IMG/VR virus record: IMGVR_UViG_3300044712_001255
Coordinates: 62,001-126,000 of that record
Reading direction: 5' to 3' (one strand)
DNA: 64,000 nucleotides
Made by a program: the position numbers and the translations under genes. This document shows positions 20,218-30,483 of this stretch, in pieces (positions within the stretch are counted from its first letter, which is position 1; every line of letters starts with the position of its first letter). The notes under the pieces were generated by a model. It did not search any database. It worked only from the letters and a program-made list of their open reading frames with translations, and was not told where the DNA came from.

Positions 20218-21156
20218 ATGACATCAAGAACAGAGAACAAGGTTTTTTCGGGAGACGCACCCGCAGTCCCAGAGGCACTTCGCCAACACATGGAGGCTGT
20301 AGGTATGGAAACTACGTCTTCTGGTCGTCCAGCGGCAGCGGCAAATCTACAACCGGGTATGTCTGAGTCGATCAATGACATGCTTGCTCGTGATTTTGGC
20401 GTAGACATCCCAGTAGAACTTGTACCGCTCCCGTCAAGGGGAATTCTGTACCCGCAAGAGCACCCATATCACGGTCGAGATCTTGTTGAGATCAGAGCAA
20501 TGACCGCTCGTGAGGAGGACATCCTTACGTCGCAGGCTCTCATCAAGAAGGGTACTGTCATTTCTGAACTCATTCGTTCGTGCGTCATTGATCGTTCTGT
20601 GAATACACAGGACCTGTTGATTGGTGATCGAAATGCGTTGATGGTTGCCATTCGAATCACAGGATACGGCCCGCAGTACGATGGCGAAGTAACGTGTTCT
20701 GAGTGTGGCGCCAAGGGAGCTCGCCAGTTTGATCTTTCGCAGCTTACAATTCGACAGTTGACATTGAATCCTGTCTCTCCCGGCGCGAATGAGTTTGAGT
20801 TTACGCTGCCACGTTTGAAGTTGCCTGTACGCTTCAGGTTCCTCACCGGCCGCGATGAGGATGAGATTTCAAAGACTGCAGAACGACAGAAGAAATTGGG
20901 TCTCTCAAGTGATTCTCTTGTCACGACCAATCTGTTGTTCAGCATTATCTCTGCGAATGGGATAACTGATAAGTCAAAACTTGCGCATCTTATCAAGATG
21001 ATGCCAGCGCAGGATTCAAACGCTCTGCGAGTCTACATGCGTCAGAATGAGCCGGGCCTTGATATGAAGCAGGAGTGCGCATGCCCAGCATGTGGTCACA
21101 CCGAGGAGGTGTCGATTCCGATCGGCATCAAGTTTCTTTGGCCTAACGCCGAGTGA
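20218..21156 (+). CDS. Baseplate hub / tail assembly chaperone (T4 gp26-like), short product
   Basis: LPSRGILY..IRAMTAREEDIL..LLIGDRNALMVAIRITGYG..C.EC and C-terminal CPACG..PIG.KFLWP; AGGAG RBS before ATG 20218. Confidence 0.75.
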   Translation: MTSRTENKVFSGDAPAVPEALRQHMEAVGMETTSSGRPAAAANLQPGMSESINDMLARDFGVDIPVELVPLPSRGILYPQEHPYHGRDLVEIRAMTAREEDILTSQALIKKGTVISELIRSCVIDRSVNTQDLLIGDRNALMVAIRITGYGPQYDGEVTCSECGAKGARQFDLSQLTIRQLTLNPVSPGANEFEFTLPRLKLPVRFRFLTGRDEDEISKTAERQKKLGLSSDSLVTTNLLFSIISANGITDKSKLAHLIKMMPAQDSNALRVYMRQNEPGLDMKQECACPACGHTEEVSIPIGIKFLWPNAE

Positions 21157-21409
21157 TCGAGAAGCAGTCCTACTTGAACCTGCTTTCAATATGATCTATT
21201 ACGGTGGGTGGACGTGGTCTGAGTACTATCGTCTTCCCACCGCGTATAAGACGTGGTTTATTGAAAGAATTCACAAGGAAATATCTCGGTCATCTTCTGG
21301 AGACGGTGGAACACAGTCACGCGGTGTGCAACACAACACCCCTGATTTACGACAATTACAAAACAGAGCACATCCGAACGCTCCTGCGCGTTTGAGGAGG
21401 TTCTCATAG
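21133..21409 (+). CDS. Overlapping +1-frame extension of the tail chaperone (probable programmed frameshift product, G/GT-type)
   Basis: At TTT CTT TGG the +1 frame reads FFGLTPSDRE..YGGWTWSEYYRLP..WFIERI; no RBS for an independent start; upstream of the tape measure gene. Confidence 0.6.
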
Positions 21410-21453
21410 GGACCTGGCGTATAGCAGTTGATAGTTACAACAGGTCCCTATGA
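21404..21453 (+). promoter_or_regulatory. 13-bp inverted repeat occluding ATG 21450, with the TAGTTA motif in the loop
   Basis: TCATAGGGACCTG...CAGGTCCCTATGA, perfect complement. Confidence 0.7.
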
Positions 21454-21722
21454 AAGAACAGTCTAGTAGGCTCAATGTTCGTTCCCGTTTATTACACGCA
21501 GCAGTGGGCGCTTGGTTGTTTTCCGGTGCCCATGCGCCAAAACTTAAGGGAACGTCGACACAAGTTGCAGCAGCGGCTGCCGTAGCAAGTGCGACAAAAG
21601 CTTTCAAAGAATCACTTGAAAGAGAAGATGTTTCTTTGGTGGAAGTATCAGAACTTCTGCAGAAGAAACATCTTGCTGCTGAGAAATTCAAGCAAGAATT
21701 TGGCATTGATTGGTTGCTGTGA
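21450..21722 (+). CDS. Hypothetical protein
   Basis: 90 aa; ATG lies in the 3' arm of a 13-bp inverted repeat. Confidence 0.65.
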   Translation: MKEQSSRLNVRSRLLHAAVGAWLFSGAHAPKLKGTSTQVAAAAAVASATKAFKESLEREDVSLVEVSELLQKKHLAAEKFKQEFGIDWLL

Positions 21723-21736
21723 TTGGGTTGTAGCAG

Positions 21737-24700
21737 ATGGCTGATAACATCGAAGAGCTTAAAAAGCTTACTAAAGCTGCCAATGAAGCAGCTGGGGCTA
21801 TCAATGAAGCATCAACTGCATTTGAAGGTCAGGCAAAGGTCATAGAACAATTGACTGTCGCCTTCAAGGCATATTCCACGGGCAACTTCGTCAAAGATAT
21901 TCAGACAGTGTCTCAAGAGCTTCAGGTAGCTCAACAGGCAGTAAAAGCATTCTCTGATCAAGGAAAGCAACTTGAAGATCAGCTTACTAGCATTGGTAAG
22001 CAAATGACTTCCAATGATCAGAACTATCAGTCACTTGTCGAGAAACTAACCAAGATCTCAGAGACGTTTGAAAAGATGAAGAAGACGGGCGAAAAGAACC
22101 CGTTGCATGATGAAAAAGAAGGCAAAAAGGTCAACGATAACATCAAGACAATGAATCAACAGATCAAGGACCAAGTGAAAACTATTGGTCTGTTGGGCGG
22201 CGCTTTCATAGGACTCAAGGACGGGTGGAAGTCAACGCTAGCAATGGGCGGCGGCGTCATAGGCTTGTTTACTAATTTAGCTGGATGGGCAATGAAGCTT
22301 TCAATGGCTATCATTTCTATACCAGTGAATTTCTTGGGAACATTAGTACGTTGGGCTGCACAAATGCAGGGCTCAACAGAATACATGCAAAAGATCGAAG
22401 AGGTACGTGAAAAATTCGGTAACTTCCAAGAGGGCCAATCAAAAGCCATTATGGAAATGCAAAAGTCATTTGCGCGTGTGACTGAGACTGGTCTAAACGC
22501 ATGGCGCATCTACGGCGATTTAGCAGAACGTCTTGGTATGATTACCAAGATGATCGAGGGCCTTGGCGCAGCGTGGAACGTCTTTGCAGATGAATTTGCG
22601 CAAGACGGTTATCTGCAGGCAAAACGAATAAATGAATTTCAGTTAGGTCTTGGATTATCTGAGGAACAACTAAAGACTACATTGACATTGACAAAGGCAA
22701 TGGGCCAATCTGCAGGCAAAACATTGACTGACCTCACAAAGCATGTCAAGGGTTACGCAGCAGCGTATCACATCAGCCACAAGGTGATTTCACGTGATGT
22801 CGCTGAAGCAATCAAGGACGCTGGCAGATTTGGTGGTGCAACTGTAGACTCAATAACAAGAGCTTCTGTGTACGCTCAAAAATTGGGACACAACCTTAAA
22901 GATATTGCTGGAGTGATGACTGCGTTTGAGACGTTCGACACTGCGGCTGAAGGCGCAGCGAAACTATCTCAGACATTCGGCGCGACGGTTGATGCATTCA
23001 AACTTGTCAAGGCGCAAAATCCTGACGAGATGATTCAGCACTTGCGAGATGCAATGTTTGCAGCTGGTAAGTCTGCTGAAAAGATGAGCAGACAAGAATT
23101 GAAGTTGCTTTCTCAACAGTCTGGATTGACTGAAGAGGTGGCGCGTTCGGTGTTTTCAATGAACAACGCTGGCGTGTCTGTTGATGAATTGCGCAAGAAA
23201 CAAGAGGCTCAGGAAGATTCTGCTGTCACTCAAGCAAAGGCGTTGAAGTCGCTATCTGAAGACATCAAACGTATGGTGAAGCAGCAACAGCAGCAGGCTG
23301 AAACATACGTGAAGCAATTTCTTGCTGGCATGATGATGGGCATCAGGATGTCTGAAGACTTCCGTAAGTTGATGATGAACATCAAGAAGGGATTGCACCT
23401 TGTTTGGTTGGAAGGACGACAGTTCGGTATTCAATTAATGACTCAGGTGCCGCTTGTCAAGCAAATGATGAAAGCCCTGCAGGACTTCTTTGCGCCTGGC
23501 AAATATCAGAAACTTGCGCAGCAAGTACGTCACATCTTGATGAGCTTGATAACTGGCAACGAAGGCGTGCCAAATATCATGCACAAGATGTCAGCTGCGT
23601 TTATGCAGTTCTTTGATTCCAACAACCCAGCCATCAGACAAATGCTCGCTAGTGCCAAGGGAATAATGGTACGAGTGTCCAAAATAATTGGAGAGAGCAT
23701 TCTGTGGGTCACAGATCAGATAGGTGATGGTATTAAAGCACTTGTAGATATCATCTCTGGAAAGAAGCGTACTGGCGCTATTTCATTTGGGTCAGCTGCG
23801 ACGCAATTTGTTTGGGATATCATCAAACCAATTTTTGATGCGTTGTACGTTGCAGTACCCAAATTAGGGATGGCGCTTTTTGAATTATTGCAACAAGGAA
23901 TTTCGGCGTTATATACGCGTGCAACTACTGACCCTCAGATATCGTCCGTGTTGAAGAAGGTTGCTCTTGCGATTGCTGGTATTTTTGTTGTCAATATTGC
24001 GTCAAGAGCAATAATGGGCGCTATCACAGCTGGTATCACTAATGCTGTTATTGGAGGAATTGGTGGGTTAGCGTCTGGCGGCGGTATGGCAAAAATTGCC
24101 GCTGCTGGTAAAGAAGTTGCTGCTCAATCGGCAAAAACTAGTGCAGCAATGGGTAAGGAAGGTGCCACTGCTTCTGGCGCAACAACTCGTGTTGCAAATG
24201 GATGGGCGCAAGCCGCGCTTGCGCTAAAGAGAGTTTCAATTACAGATATCGGTAAAATGTTCTTGATTTTAACTGCGATCGCCGCAGGTCTCGCCGTAGG
24301 CGGGATCGCCTTTGCGGGCGCTGTAAAATTGATGGCCGAAGAATTGAAAGATACAAAGAGTGAGGATGTCGCGAAGGCAGTACTTTCGATGACTGGACTG
24401 GTGCTCAACATCGCAATATTAGCTGGTACTGTAAAATTGCTTGGAAACATCGATTTTAAGTCGCTTGGTATGGGTGCCCTTGTTATTCTTGCAATGGGTG
24501 GTGTTCTTGGTGGATTGATGTGGTTAATGGGCGCCCTTACAAAGAGTATGAAAGAGGCACACATCACAGGTTCTGAACTTGCCGCGACTGCAGGCGTATT
24601 GAAAACGCTCGCTTTAACAATGCTCATTATGGTTCCCGTGATAACGGCAGCTGCGATATTTGGTTCAGCGATTATTGCAACGTCTGGTGCGTTAGCATTA

Positions 24701-26806
24701 GCCGCAGCAGCCGGTCTCACTGCGATCACAGCGGCTATGGGAGGTCTTGTTGGCGTAACGATTGGTATTATGGAGCAATTGCGTAAGATGCCAAAGGATG
24801 ATTCGCTGCCTGAGAAAACAAAGTCATTCACAAATATCTTTGACGCAATCACAAAGATGATTTCAGTTTTAGGTAAGACGTTGGCTGATACTGCGCCGTC
24901 GATAGCTGACTTTTTGACTGGTACAAGTGTTGTGAAACGTATGCAACAATCCGTTGCGTTGATCGATGAGATCAGGGGCACAGTGACGCAGATGATCGAT
25001 AAGATCATGGTGATCGTCAATCTTTACAAGGACAATCCAACACTCGTCAAGGGCGCGGCAGCAGTTGGCGGGTTAATATCATCAGTTACAGGTTTGATGT
25101 TAGCGTTAAAGGTTCCAAAGGAACTTGCAAGTGGCAGTTTTGATCTTGGGTGGAGTGGAATCAGTTTGAAAAAGCCGTCAGAAGACGCTGCCATGGTAAT
25201 GTTCCAGATGCAACAAAGCGCGTCATCATTGATTGGTGGTGTCATTGGATTGATGAAGTCTGTTGGTGGATTGAATCTGAACGATCAAGCTCTAAAAAGC
25301 ATACCAGTCATTAGCGAATTGCTTAAGGTGATGGGTACAATTCTTGGGGAACTCACGCCATCAGCTGACATGCTTGCGCAATTCCAGAAGATCAAGACGA
25401 CGTCTGGTTCTGCAAAGGGCGGTTTATCGCTAACAGAGATTTCTCAAACAGTAACAACATCGCTTAAAGAACAAGAGCTCGATAGTGATGCGCTGATGAA
25501 GATGATGCAGTTTGCTCGTGAAAATCTCACTAAGATTTTCGAGCTATTGTCAAGTGATACTTTCAAAAAAGTTGTTGACATGACAAAGGATTGGTCTCCG
25601 AAACAACTTGATGGTATCAAGGCAATTGCGTCAATTATGTCTGCGATTGGATCAATCATGAGCGCAATGAATCAATCATTTGCAAAGGTACCAAAAGTTG
25701 AGGTCCAAGCCGCACAAGGTGCAAATGTTACTAACATCCTCAAAATTCCATTTGTTGATATCAATGAAACGTTATCAAAACTTACTGGCGATAAGGGTGG
25801 TATTAAACAATTGTTCAACACGATAATTGGACTTGCAACTGATCTTGGTAAAACAGCTGGTGGAGGGGCTGTTGTTACGTCTAGCTTGAAATCTGTAATG
25901 GGCGTGTTTGAAGGTATTAAGGGAATCATAGCATTCTTGTCTAATACGGCTGGAATGGCAACAAAGGCTTATCGTGGTGGAGTTGGTGTAGATGCCACAA
26001 CTACTGCCCTTGCTTTGACGATGCCCCTTGAGGCAATGATCATGTTGCTGCGAGGACTTAATCAACCTGCAAAAGATTCTAAATCTGGTGGTTCATTGAT
26101 GAATGAAATTGTGAACCAACTCGCTGCGGTATCAGCAGCAGGCACGATGTCAGCTGCGGAAGTGAAGAACGTTGGATCTTTAGTCCAAACGTTCAAAGAA
26201 CTACAAAAGATTCAGGCAGCATTAGGCGAAGTTGGCGCGTCATTTTCTGGAAGTAACGTTGGTGCACTTTACTCAACTTTCCCATTATTGACTGGATTCG
26301 TTGCTGGATTAGCTGCGAATATCTCGCCATTCTCTACGCAGCTGTCTGCGCTCACTCAAGAGCTCACAAAGATGGGCGTTGCTTTCAAACCAGAGATTGT
26401 CAATAAGAGCGTATTGCCGATGCTTGAAGCATTCTCGAAGGTGGTGAGTGCCGTAAGAGAAGTTCACAACAGTTTGAATGATATCAATCTTGGCAAAAAA
26501 CCAATTGCCGCTACGCTGAATTCAATCGCGGGCCAGTTAGGCATTGGTGGTAAGGTACAATTCACGCCAATTGAGAACAAAGCTGTTCAAATTCACCTTA
26601 CAGTTGAAGTATCAATGAGAGCAGCAGACGTCGAGAAGGCGATGGTCTGCAGATCAACCAGCATCATTAGAGATCAGATCAACTGGATCAGAAAGTCTGG
26701 ATCTAGCGCTGGTAAGAATGAAGAAGCATTCAAGATGGGCAATCATGATATCCCAGGTGATTTGAAGTCTGAGTACATGCCAGTTGATGCGCCAGCAGCT
26801 ACATAA
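21737..26806 (+). CDS. Tape measure protein
   Basis: 1689 aa; alpha-helical, Ala/Gly/Leu-rich, with hydrophobic central segments; follows tube and chaperone. Confidence 0.88.
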   Translation: MADNIEELKKLTKAANEAAGAINEASTAFEGQAKVIEQLTVAFKAYSTGNFVKDIQTVSQELQVAQQAVKAFSDQGKQLEDQLTSIGKQMTSNDQNYQSLVEKLTKISETFEKMKKTGEKNPLHDEKEGKKVNDNIKTMNQQIKDQVKTIGLLGGAFIGLKDGWKSTLAMGGGVIGLFTNLAGWAMKLSMAIISIPVNFLGTLVRWAAQMQGSTEYMQKIEEVREKFGNFQEGQSKAIMEMQKSFARVTETGLNAWRIYGDLAERLGMITKMIEGLGAAWNVFADEFAQDGYLQAKRINEFQLGLGLSEEQLKTTLTLTKAMGQSAGKTLTDLTKHVKGYAAAYHISHKVISRDVAEAIKDAGRFGGATVDSITRASVYAQKLGHNLKDIAGVMTAFETFDTAAEGAAKLSQTFGATVDAFKLVKAQNPDEMIQHLRDAMFAAGKSAEKMSRQELKLLSQQSGLTEEVARSVFSMNNAGVSVDELRKKQEAQEDSAVTQAKALKSLSEDIKRMVKQQQQQAETYVKQFLAGMMMGIRMSEDFRKLMMNIKKGLHLVWLEGRQFGIQLMTQVPLVKQMMKALQDFFAPGKYQKLAQQVRHILMSLITGNEGVPNIMHKMSAAFMQFFDSNNPAIRQMLASAKGIMVRVSKIIGESILWVTDQIGDGIKALVDIISGKKRTGAISFGSAATQFVWDIIKPIFDALYVAVPKLGMALFELLQQGISALYTRATTDPQISSVLKKVALAIAGIFVVNIASRAIMGAITAGITNAVIGGIGGLASGGGMAKIAAAGKEVAAQSAKTSAAMGKEGATASGATTRVANGWAQAALALKRVSITDIGKMFLILTAIAAGLAVGGIAFAGAVKLMAEELKDTKSEDVAKAVLSMTGLVLNIAILAGTVKLLGNIDFKSLGMGALVILAMGGVLGGLMWLMGALTKSMKEAHITGSELAATAGVLKTLALTMLIMVPVITAAAIFGSAIIATSGALALAAAAGLTAITAAMGGLVGVTIGIMEQLRKMPKDDSLPEKTKSFTNIFDAITKMISVLGKTLADTAPSIADFLTGTSVVKRMQQSVALIDEIRGTVTQMIDKIMVIVNLYKDNPTLVKGAAAVGGLISSVTGLMLALKVPKELASGSFDLGWSGISLKKPSEDAAMVMFQMQQSASSLIGGVIGLMKSVGGLNLNDQALKSIPVISELLKVMGTILGELTPSADMLAQFQKIKTTSGSAKGGLSLTEISQTVTTSLKEQELDSDALMKMMQFARENLTKIFELLSSDTFKKVVDMTKDWSPKQLDGIKAIASIMSAIGSIMSAMNQSFAKVPKVEVQAAQGANVTNILKIPFVDINETLSKLTGDKGGIKQLFNTIIGLATDLGKTAGGGAVVTSSLKSVMGVFEGIKGIIAFLSNTAGMATKAYRGGVGVDATTTALALTMPLEAMIMLLRGLNQPAKDSKSGGSLMNEIVNQLAAVSAAGTMSAAEVKNVGSLVQTFKELQKIQAALGEVGASFSGSNVGALYSTFPLLTGFVAGLAANISPFSTQLSALTQELTKMGVAFKPEIVNKSVLPMLEAFSKVVSAVREVHNSLNDINLGKKPIAATLNSIAGQLGIGGKVQFTPIENKAVQIHLTVEVSMRAADVEKAMVCRSTSIIRDQINWIRKSGSSAGKNEEAFKMGNHDIPGDLKSEYMPVDAPAAT

Positions 26807-26813
26807 GGATTTT

Positions 26814-27068
26814 ATGTTCGACCATGATGAAGTGATCAAAATGATACGATCGAATCCTCTGTATCGCCAAGCCCTTGGCAAGCTTGATGATGAAGAGAGA
26901 CAAAAGGTTGACGCTAACGCTGAACGCATGATATCTCAGTTGTTTGGCGCTCTTGCGCCTGTAATCAGCAAGGCGCAACAGGAACAGGCTGATATCGACA
27001 TTGCTAAGGTAGTTAAGGAGAGCACCGGTAAAGTAGAAGGAACGCAGGTTGCAGATGTCAACGAATAA
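26814..27068 (+). CDS. Hypothetical protein
   Basis: ATG 26814 after an AAGGA RBS; 84 aa. Confidence 0.65.
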   Translation: MFDHDEVIKMIRSNPLYRQALGKLDDEERQKVDANAERMISQLFGALAPVISKAQQEQADIDIAKVVKESTGKVEGTQVADVNE

Positions 27069-30000
27069 CAGCAATGTTAACGCGCCAATTGAACACCTTG
27101 CTGATCAAGGTGGTTTCTCTTTGCCACCTACGCCTGGTGAGCCTAACAATGAACGCATAACTTTCATTAATGAACCAGACTCTCCTTATGATATTCAAGC
27201 GCCGACGCTTGTAAAGATCGGCAGCTACCTCAGTAATTTATCGCAGCAAAACAAATACGCAGTTGATGCAAATGAAAAACTTGTATTGACAAAGTTTGAC
27301 GATTCTCGACCGTCACCTGTTTCAACTACAAATACAAAGGCATACGCACCAGACAAGTCAAAGTGGCCAACATCAGTCGGCTTTCCTGTTGGAAATGGTA
27401 AGACTGCTCAAGACATGAGCAATAACGCGACGCTCGTAAAGTCAATTGCAGTAGCACCAGCGTCTAGCAAATACGGTGATTCGCAACCACTCGAGAATAC
27501 AGAGGGTACGCCTGCAAACGCCTATGCCAATGCAGTGTTGTCGTACAATCGTTTTACGTCCAGCAATAAGCTGAACCCAACGATCGCAGCAGGAAATTAT
27601 TACGCTCAACCTGATTCTAATTTCAATCCAACAGTGCGTCTACAAACTGGTGGTGGCGAAAGCTTAGGTAAGTACGCAGAACCAAATACGTACAAGGACG
27701 AGAATTTCAATCACATGGCGCTGATTGGTTACATGATGTCGCTTCGTGGAACGGGCGAGGTCGGGTCTGGTAATCAAGGGTATGATCCATTAGATGGTGG
27801 TAGAGAAGCAGAGGCGCTTCTACCCTCTGGTGATCAGTTAATGATTGAGCGTCCTAACGTAAACAACTTCAACGCTCGCCGAGTGCTGTCAGAAATGACG
27901 CCTGTTCGAGGCGCAACCAAAAGCCTTGTTAGCATATACGCGAAGGGCTCTAGCGATGAGGGGGATAATTCTTGGGGTGTGATGAATAACATCTACGACC
28001 AATTCTCAGGAATTACCGCGATTGGTATGGTCGCCCTCTCGATAGCACTTGTGTTGGCGACGACGGCGCTAACGGGTATTCTTGGGTCTGTATTCGGTCT
28101 CATCTCAAGCAATCCCAACGCAACGACAAAACACAAAGATGGAACGTTCGTTTTTGGTAAGTCTCGAGCAAATCTCGAGTCCGCAGCGGGCTTTGACATA
28201 TTTCAAGCTGTTGGTACTGGAATAGCTGATTTAATTGGAATTCACGCAACAACAAGCAATTTTCAAGCCGCGTTGATGAGGGGAATTGGTGTATTCTTTG
28301 GTCTTGACGTCGGCGTAAGCGATCTTCTGAATCCCACTGGTGCATTAGGCGCAGTTGCAACGGCAATTGAATCCCCTGGGTTCAAAGCAGTAACATGTCG
28401 ATCAATTATGCGTTCTACCATGATATTCATCAATAAATTGAAGGGTTTAGCTGACAGCCCGTCTATCATGGCAGGCGTGAAGAATTTCCTATCACTATTT
28501 GAAATACTGAAGGAAAGCAAGTTGATGTCTGCGATCAACTTATTTGCAACGCTTGGTGACATGGCGATATTGAAAATGAATGAGGACACGCTTGTTGAAA
28601 AGCAAGGTGGAGTTGTCTATCATTCAACAATCGATGCGCAAAAGCAAGGGTTACCAGGTGAATCTGTCACAAAGCATCGGCTACAGTACAAGGCGGGCGA
28701 AAGTAGCTTCAAGATTGCGTGGGCAAACAATCGTACGCCCTCATCGCTACTTTTGCCTGTAAACGTGCAAGGATTAGCTGCATTAGAAGCAGCTACTGCA
28801 ACAACTCAACACACTTCACCACGTGCCGCGACAGGTCAAAAAAATGACGCGGAGTGGTCAAAATCATACAATTACATCTCAAAGGAAAATAGAATTCCAC
28901 AAAACGTAGATGATAATTCGGTGTCAGTCGCTAACATTGAAACAATGCTTGACGCTGAGTACGTGCCATTCTATTTTCATGATCTTCGTACCAATGAAAT
29001 CATAAGCTTCCAGGCATTTTTGGGATCACTTAAAGATGATTACACGCCACAATGGGAAAATAGCGATGCGTTTGGACGTGTAGACAAAGTCAAAATCTAC
29101 AAGTCAACTGACAGACGCATATCATTTGATTTTTGGGTTGTTGCGCTTGATCGCAAAGACTTCGATGATATGTGGGTTAAGATCAATAAATTGGTCACTA
29201 TGGTTTACCCACAGTACTCAGCAGGAAGAAAGCTAATTGCCGACGGCGGCAAAACTACTATTACAATGCCGTTTAGCCAGGTGATGACATCTTCACCTAT
29301 CGTACGCTTACGTATTGGCGACGTAATTCGCTCAAACTATTCACGGTTCAATTTATCAAGAGTATTTGGGTTAGCTGACACTGATGCGAAAATTAATGGC
29401 GTGTCTCTAGATACGTCAAGCATTACATCAACCTTACAAACGGCAAAGAAAGAGCTCGATGTCTTGTTACGCAACCCAGAAACAGCAGGCGACAACTATA
29501 CATTCTACCTGACGTCTCCAACGCCAGCATTGATGGCAAAAGCTAGTTCTGGAATACAAATTTCATTGCCCATTATTGGAAAATCTTCAAACGATCGACC
29601 TACGCAAAATGCTATGATTCCTCTTGAAATGTTGCCTTATTTCAAGATGAGGGCTGAATCTTCTTCAATGATGGGCGGCCAAGGCACATTTGTCATTAGC
29701 GCTATGACGCCAGATGAACTAAAACAGAACTGGAGATTGAACGCAAGCATGATAAAACTTGTAGACGAGCAAACAAAAGTCATTGCTGAAAAATACAAGT
29801 TTGATTCTACGAAGTTTCAAATTCCATTATCATCAATATCACTTACGCCAGAAAGTATGAGACAATTTTGGGCAGCATATTCAGAATCTCCAGAAGAAAT
29901 GATGAAATTCATGGATAAAAATTCAAATGCAATCGTCAAGTCATTCCAGGAAATGGGAGGTAAAGGACTTGCCGGAACGATTGACCAAATGAACTTTGAA

Positions 30001-30180
30001 TGGCTAGACGCTAATCACATGCGTTGGGAGACTGAACAGCGTTCACGAGCACCACAACGTACGAAGGTCACTATGACGTTTAGCCCAATTCACGATATCT
30101 CTCCCGGTATTGATCACATGGGATACAATCGAGCTCCAATATACCCAGTTGGTTCTATGTTTTCTGAAATCGACAGGTAA
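27055..30180 (+). CDS. Large baseplate / tail-tube initiator-like protein
   Basis: C-terminal YFHDLRTNEIISFQAF..YTPQW..FGRVD..YKSTDRRISFDF..PIVRLRIGD region resembles tube-initiator folds; follows the tape measure. Confidence 0.6.
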   Translation: MSTNNSNVNAPIEHLADQGGFSLPPTPGEPNNERITFINEPDSPYDIQAPTLVKIGSYLSNLSQQNKYAVDANEKLVLTKFDDSRPSPVSTTNTKAYAPDKSKWPTSVGFPVGNGKTAQDMSNNATLVKSIAVAPASSKYGDSQPLENTEGTPANAYANAVLSYNRFTSSNKLNPTIAAGNYYAQPDSNFNPTVRLQTGGGESLGKYAEPNTYKDENFNHMALIGYMMSLRGTGEVGSGNQGYDPLDGGREAEALLPSGDQLMIERPNVNNFNARRVLSEMTPVRGATKSLVSIYAKGSSDEGDNSWGVMNNIYDQFSGITAIGMVALSIALVLATTALTGILGSVFGLISSNPNATTKHKDGTFVFGKSRANLESAAGFDIFQAVGTGIADLIGIHATTSNFQAALMRGIGVFFGLDVGVSDLLNPTGALGAVATAIESPGFKAVTCRSIMRSTMIFINKLKGLADSPSIMAGVKNFLSLFEILKESKLMSAINLFATLGDMAILKMNEDTLVEKQGGVVYHSTIDAQKQGLPGESVTKHRLQYKAGESSFKIAWANNRTPSSLLLPVNVQGLAALEAATATTQHTSPRAATGQKNDAEWSKSYNYISKENRIPQNVDDNSVSVANIETMLDAEYVPFYFHDLRTNEIISFQAFLGSLKDDYTPQWENSDAFGRVDKVKIYKSTDRRISFDFWVVALDRKDFDDMWVKINKLVTMVYPQYSAGRKLIADGGKTTITMPFSQVMTSSPIVRLRIGDVIRSNYSRFNLSRVFGLADTDAKINGVSLDTSSITSTLQTAKKELDVLLRNPETAGDNYTFYLTSPTPALMAKASSGIQISLPIIGKSSNDRPTQNAMIPLEMLPYFKMRAESSSMMGGQGTFVISAMTPDELKQNWRLNASMIKLVDEQTKVIAEKYKFDSTKFQIPLSSISLTPESMRQFWAAYSESPEEMMKFMDKNSNAIVKSFQEMGGKGLAGTIDQMNFEWLDANHMRWETEQRSRAPQRTKVTMTFSPIHDISPGIDHMGYNRAPIYPVGSMFSEIDR

Positions 30181-30188
30181 GGATTCGT

Positions 30189-30482
30189 ATGGCAATCAGT
30201 CGTTACATAGCTGCACCAATCATTGGGTTTGGAACACAATTTGGTACGTCATACGCTGCTGCAAGCTTGCGTCATGCAGTGATTGATGGTACTTTACCGT
30301 GTAAGCAGATCATTGTTCGTGGTAAGGAACGCCTTGATACAATAGCTGGCGTTGAATACGGTGATGCGAAATATTGGTGGGTGTTGGCGGCAACGAGTGG
30401 AATTGGATGGGGATTGCAGGTCCCAACAGACACGGTAGTGTACGTTCCAAATCTGCAGGACGCGTTGTCATACGTGGTATAA
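30189..30482 (+). CDS. LysM-like baseplate wedge protein (gp53 / tail X-like)
   Basis: ERLDTIAGVEYGDAKYWWVLA..G..VYVP signature. Confidence 0.8.
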   Translation: MAISRYIAAPIIGFGTQFGTSYAAASLRHAVIDGTLPCKQIIVRGKERLDTIAGVEYGDAKYWWVLAATSGIGWGLQVPTDTVVYVPNLQDALSYVV

Positions 30483-30483
30483 C

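Noticed and set aside
24124-25020. 298-aa antisense ORF in the tape measure gene (and similar ORFs in the sheaths, recA and nrdJ)
   Set aside because: The Ala/Ile/Pro-rich sequence mirrors the sense codons, with no independent evidence.
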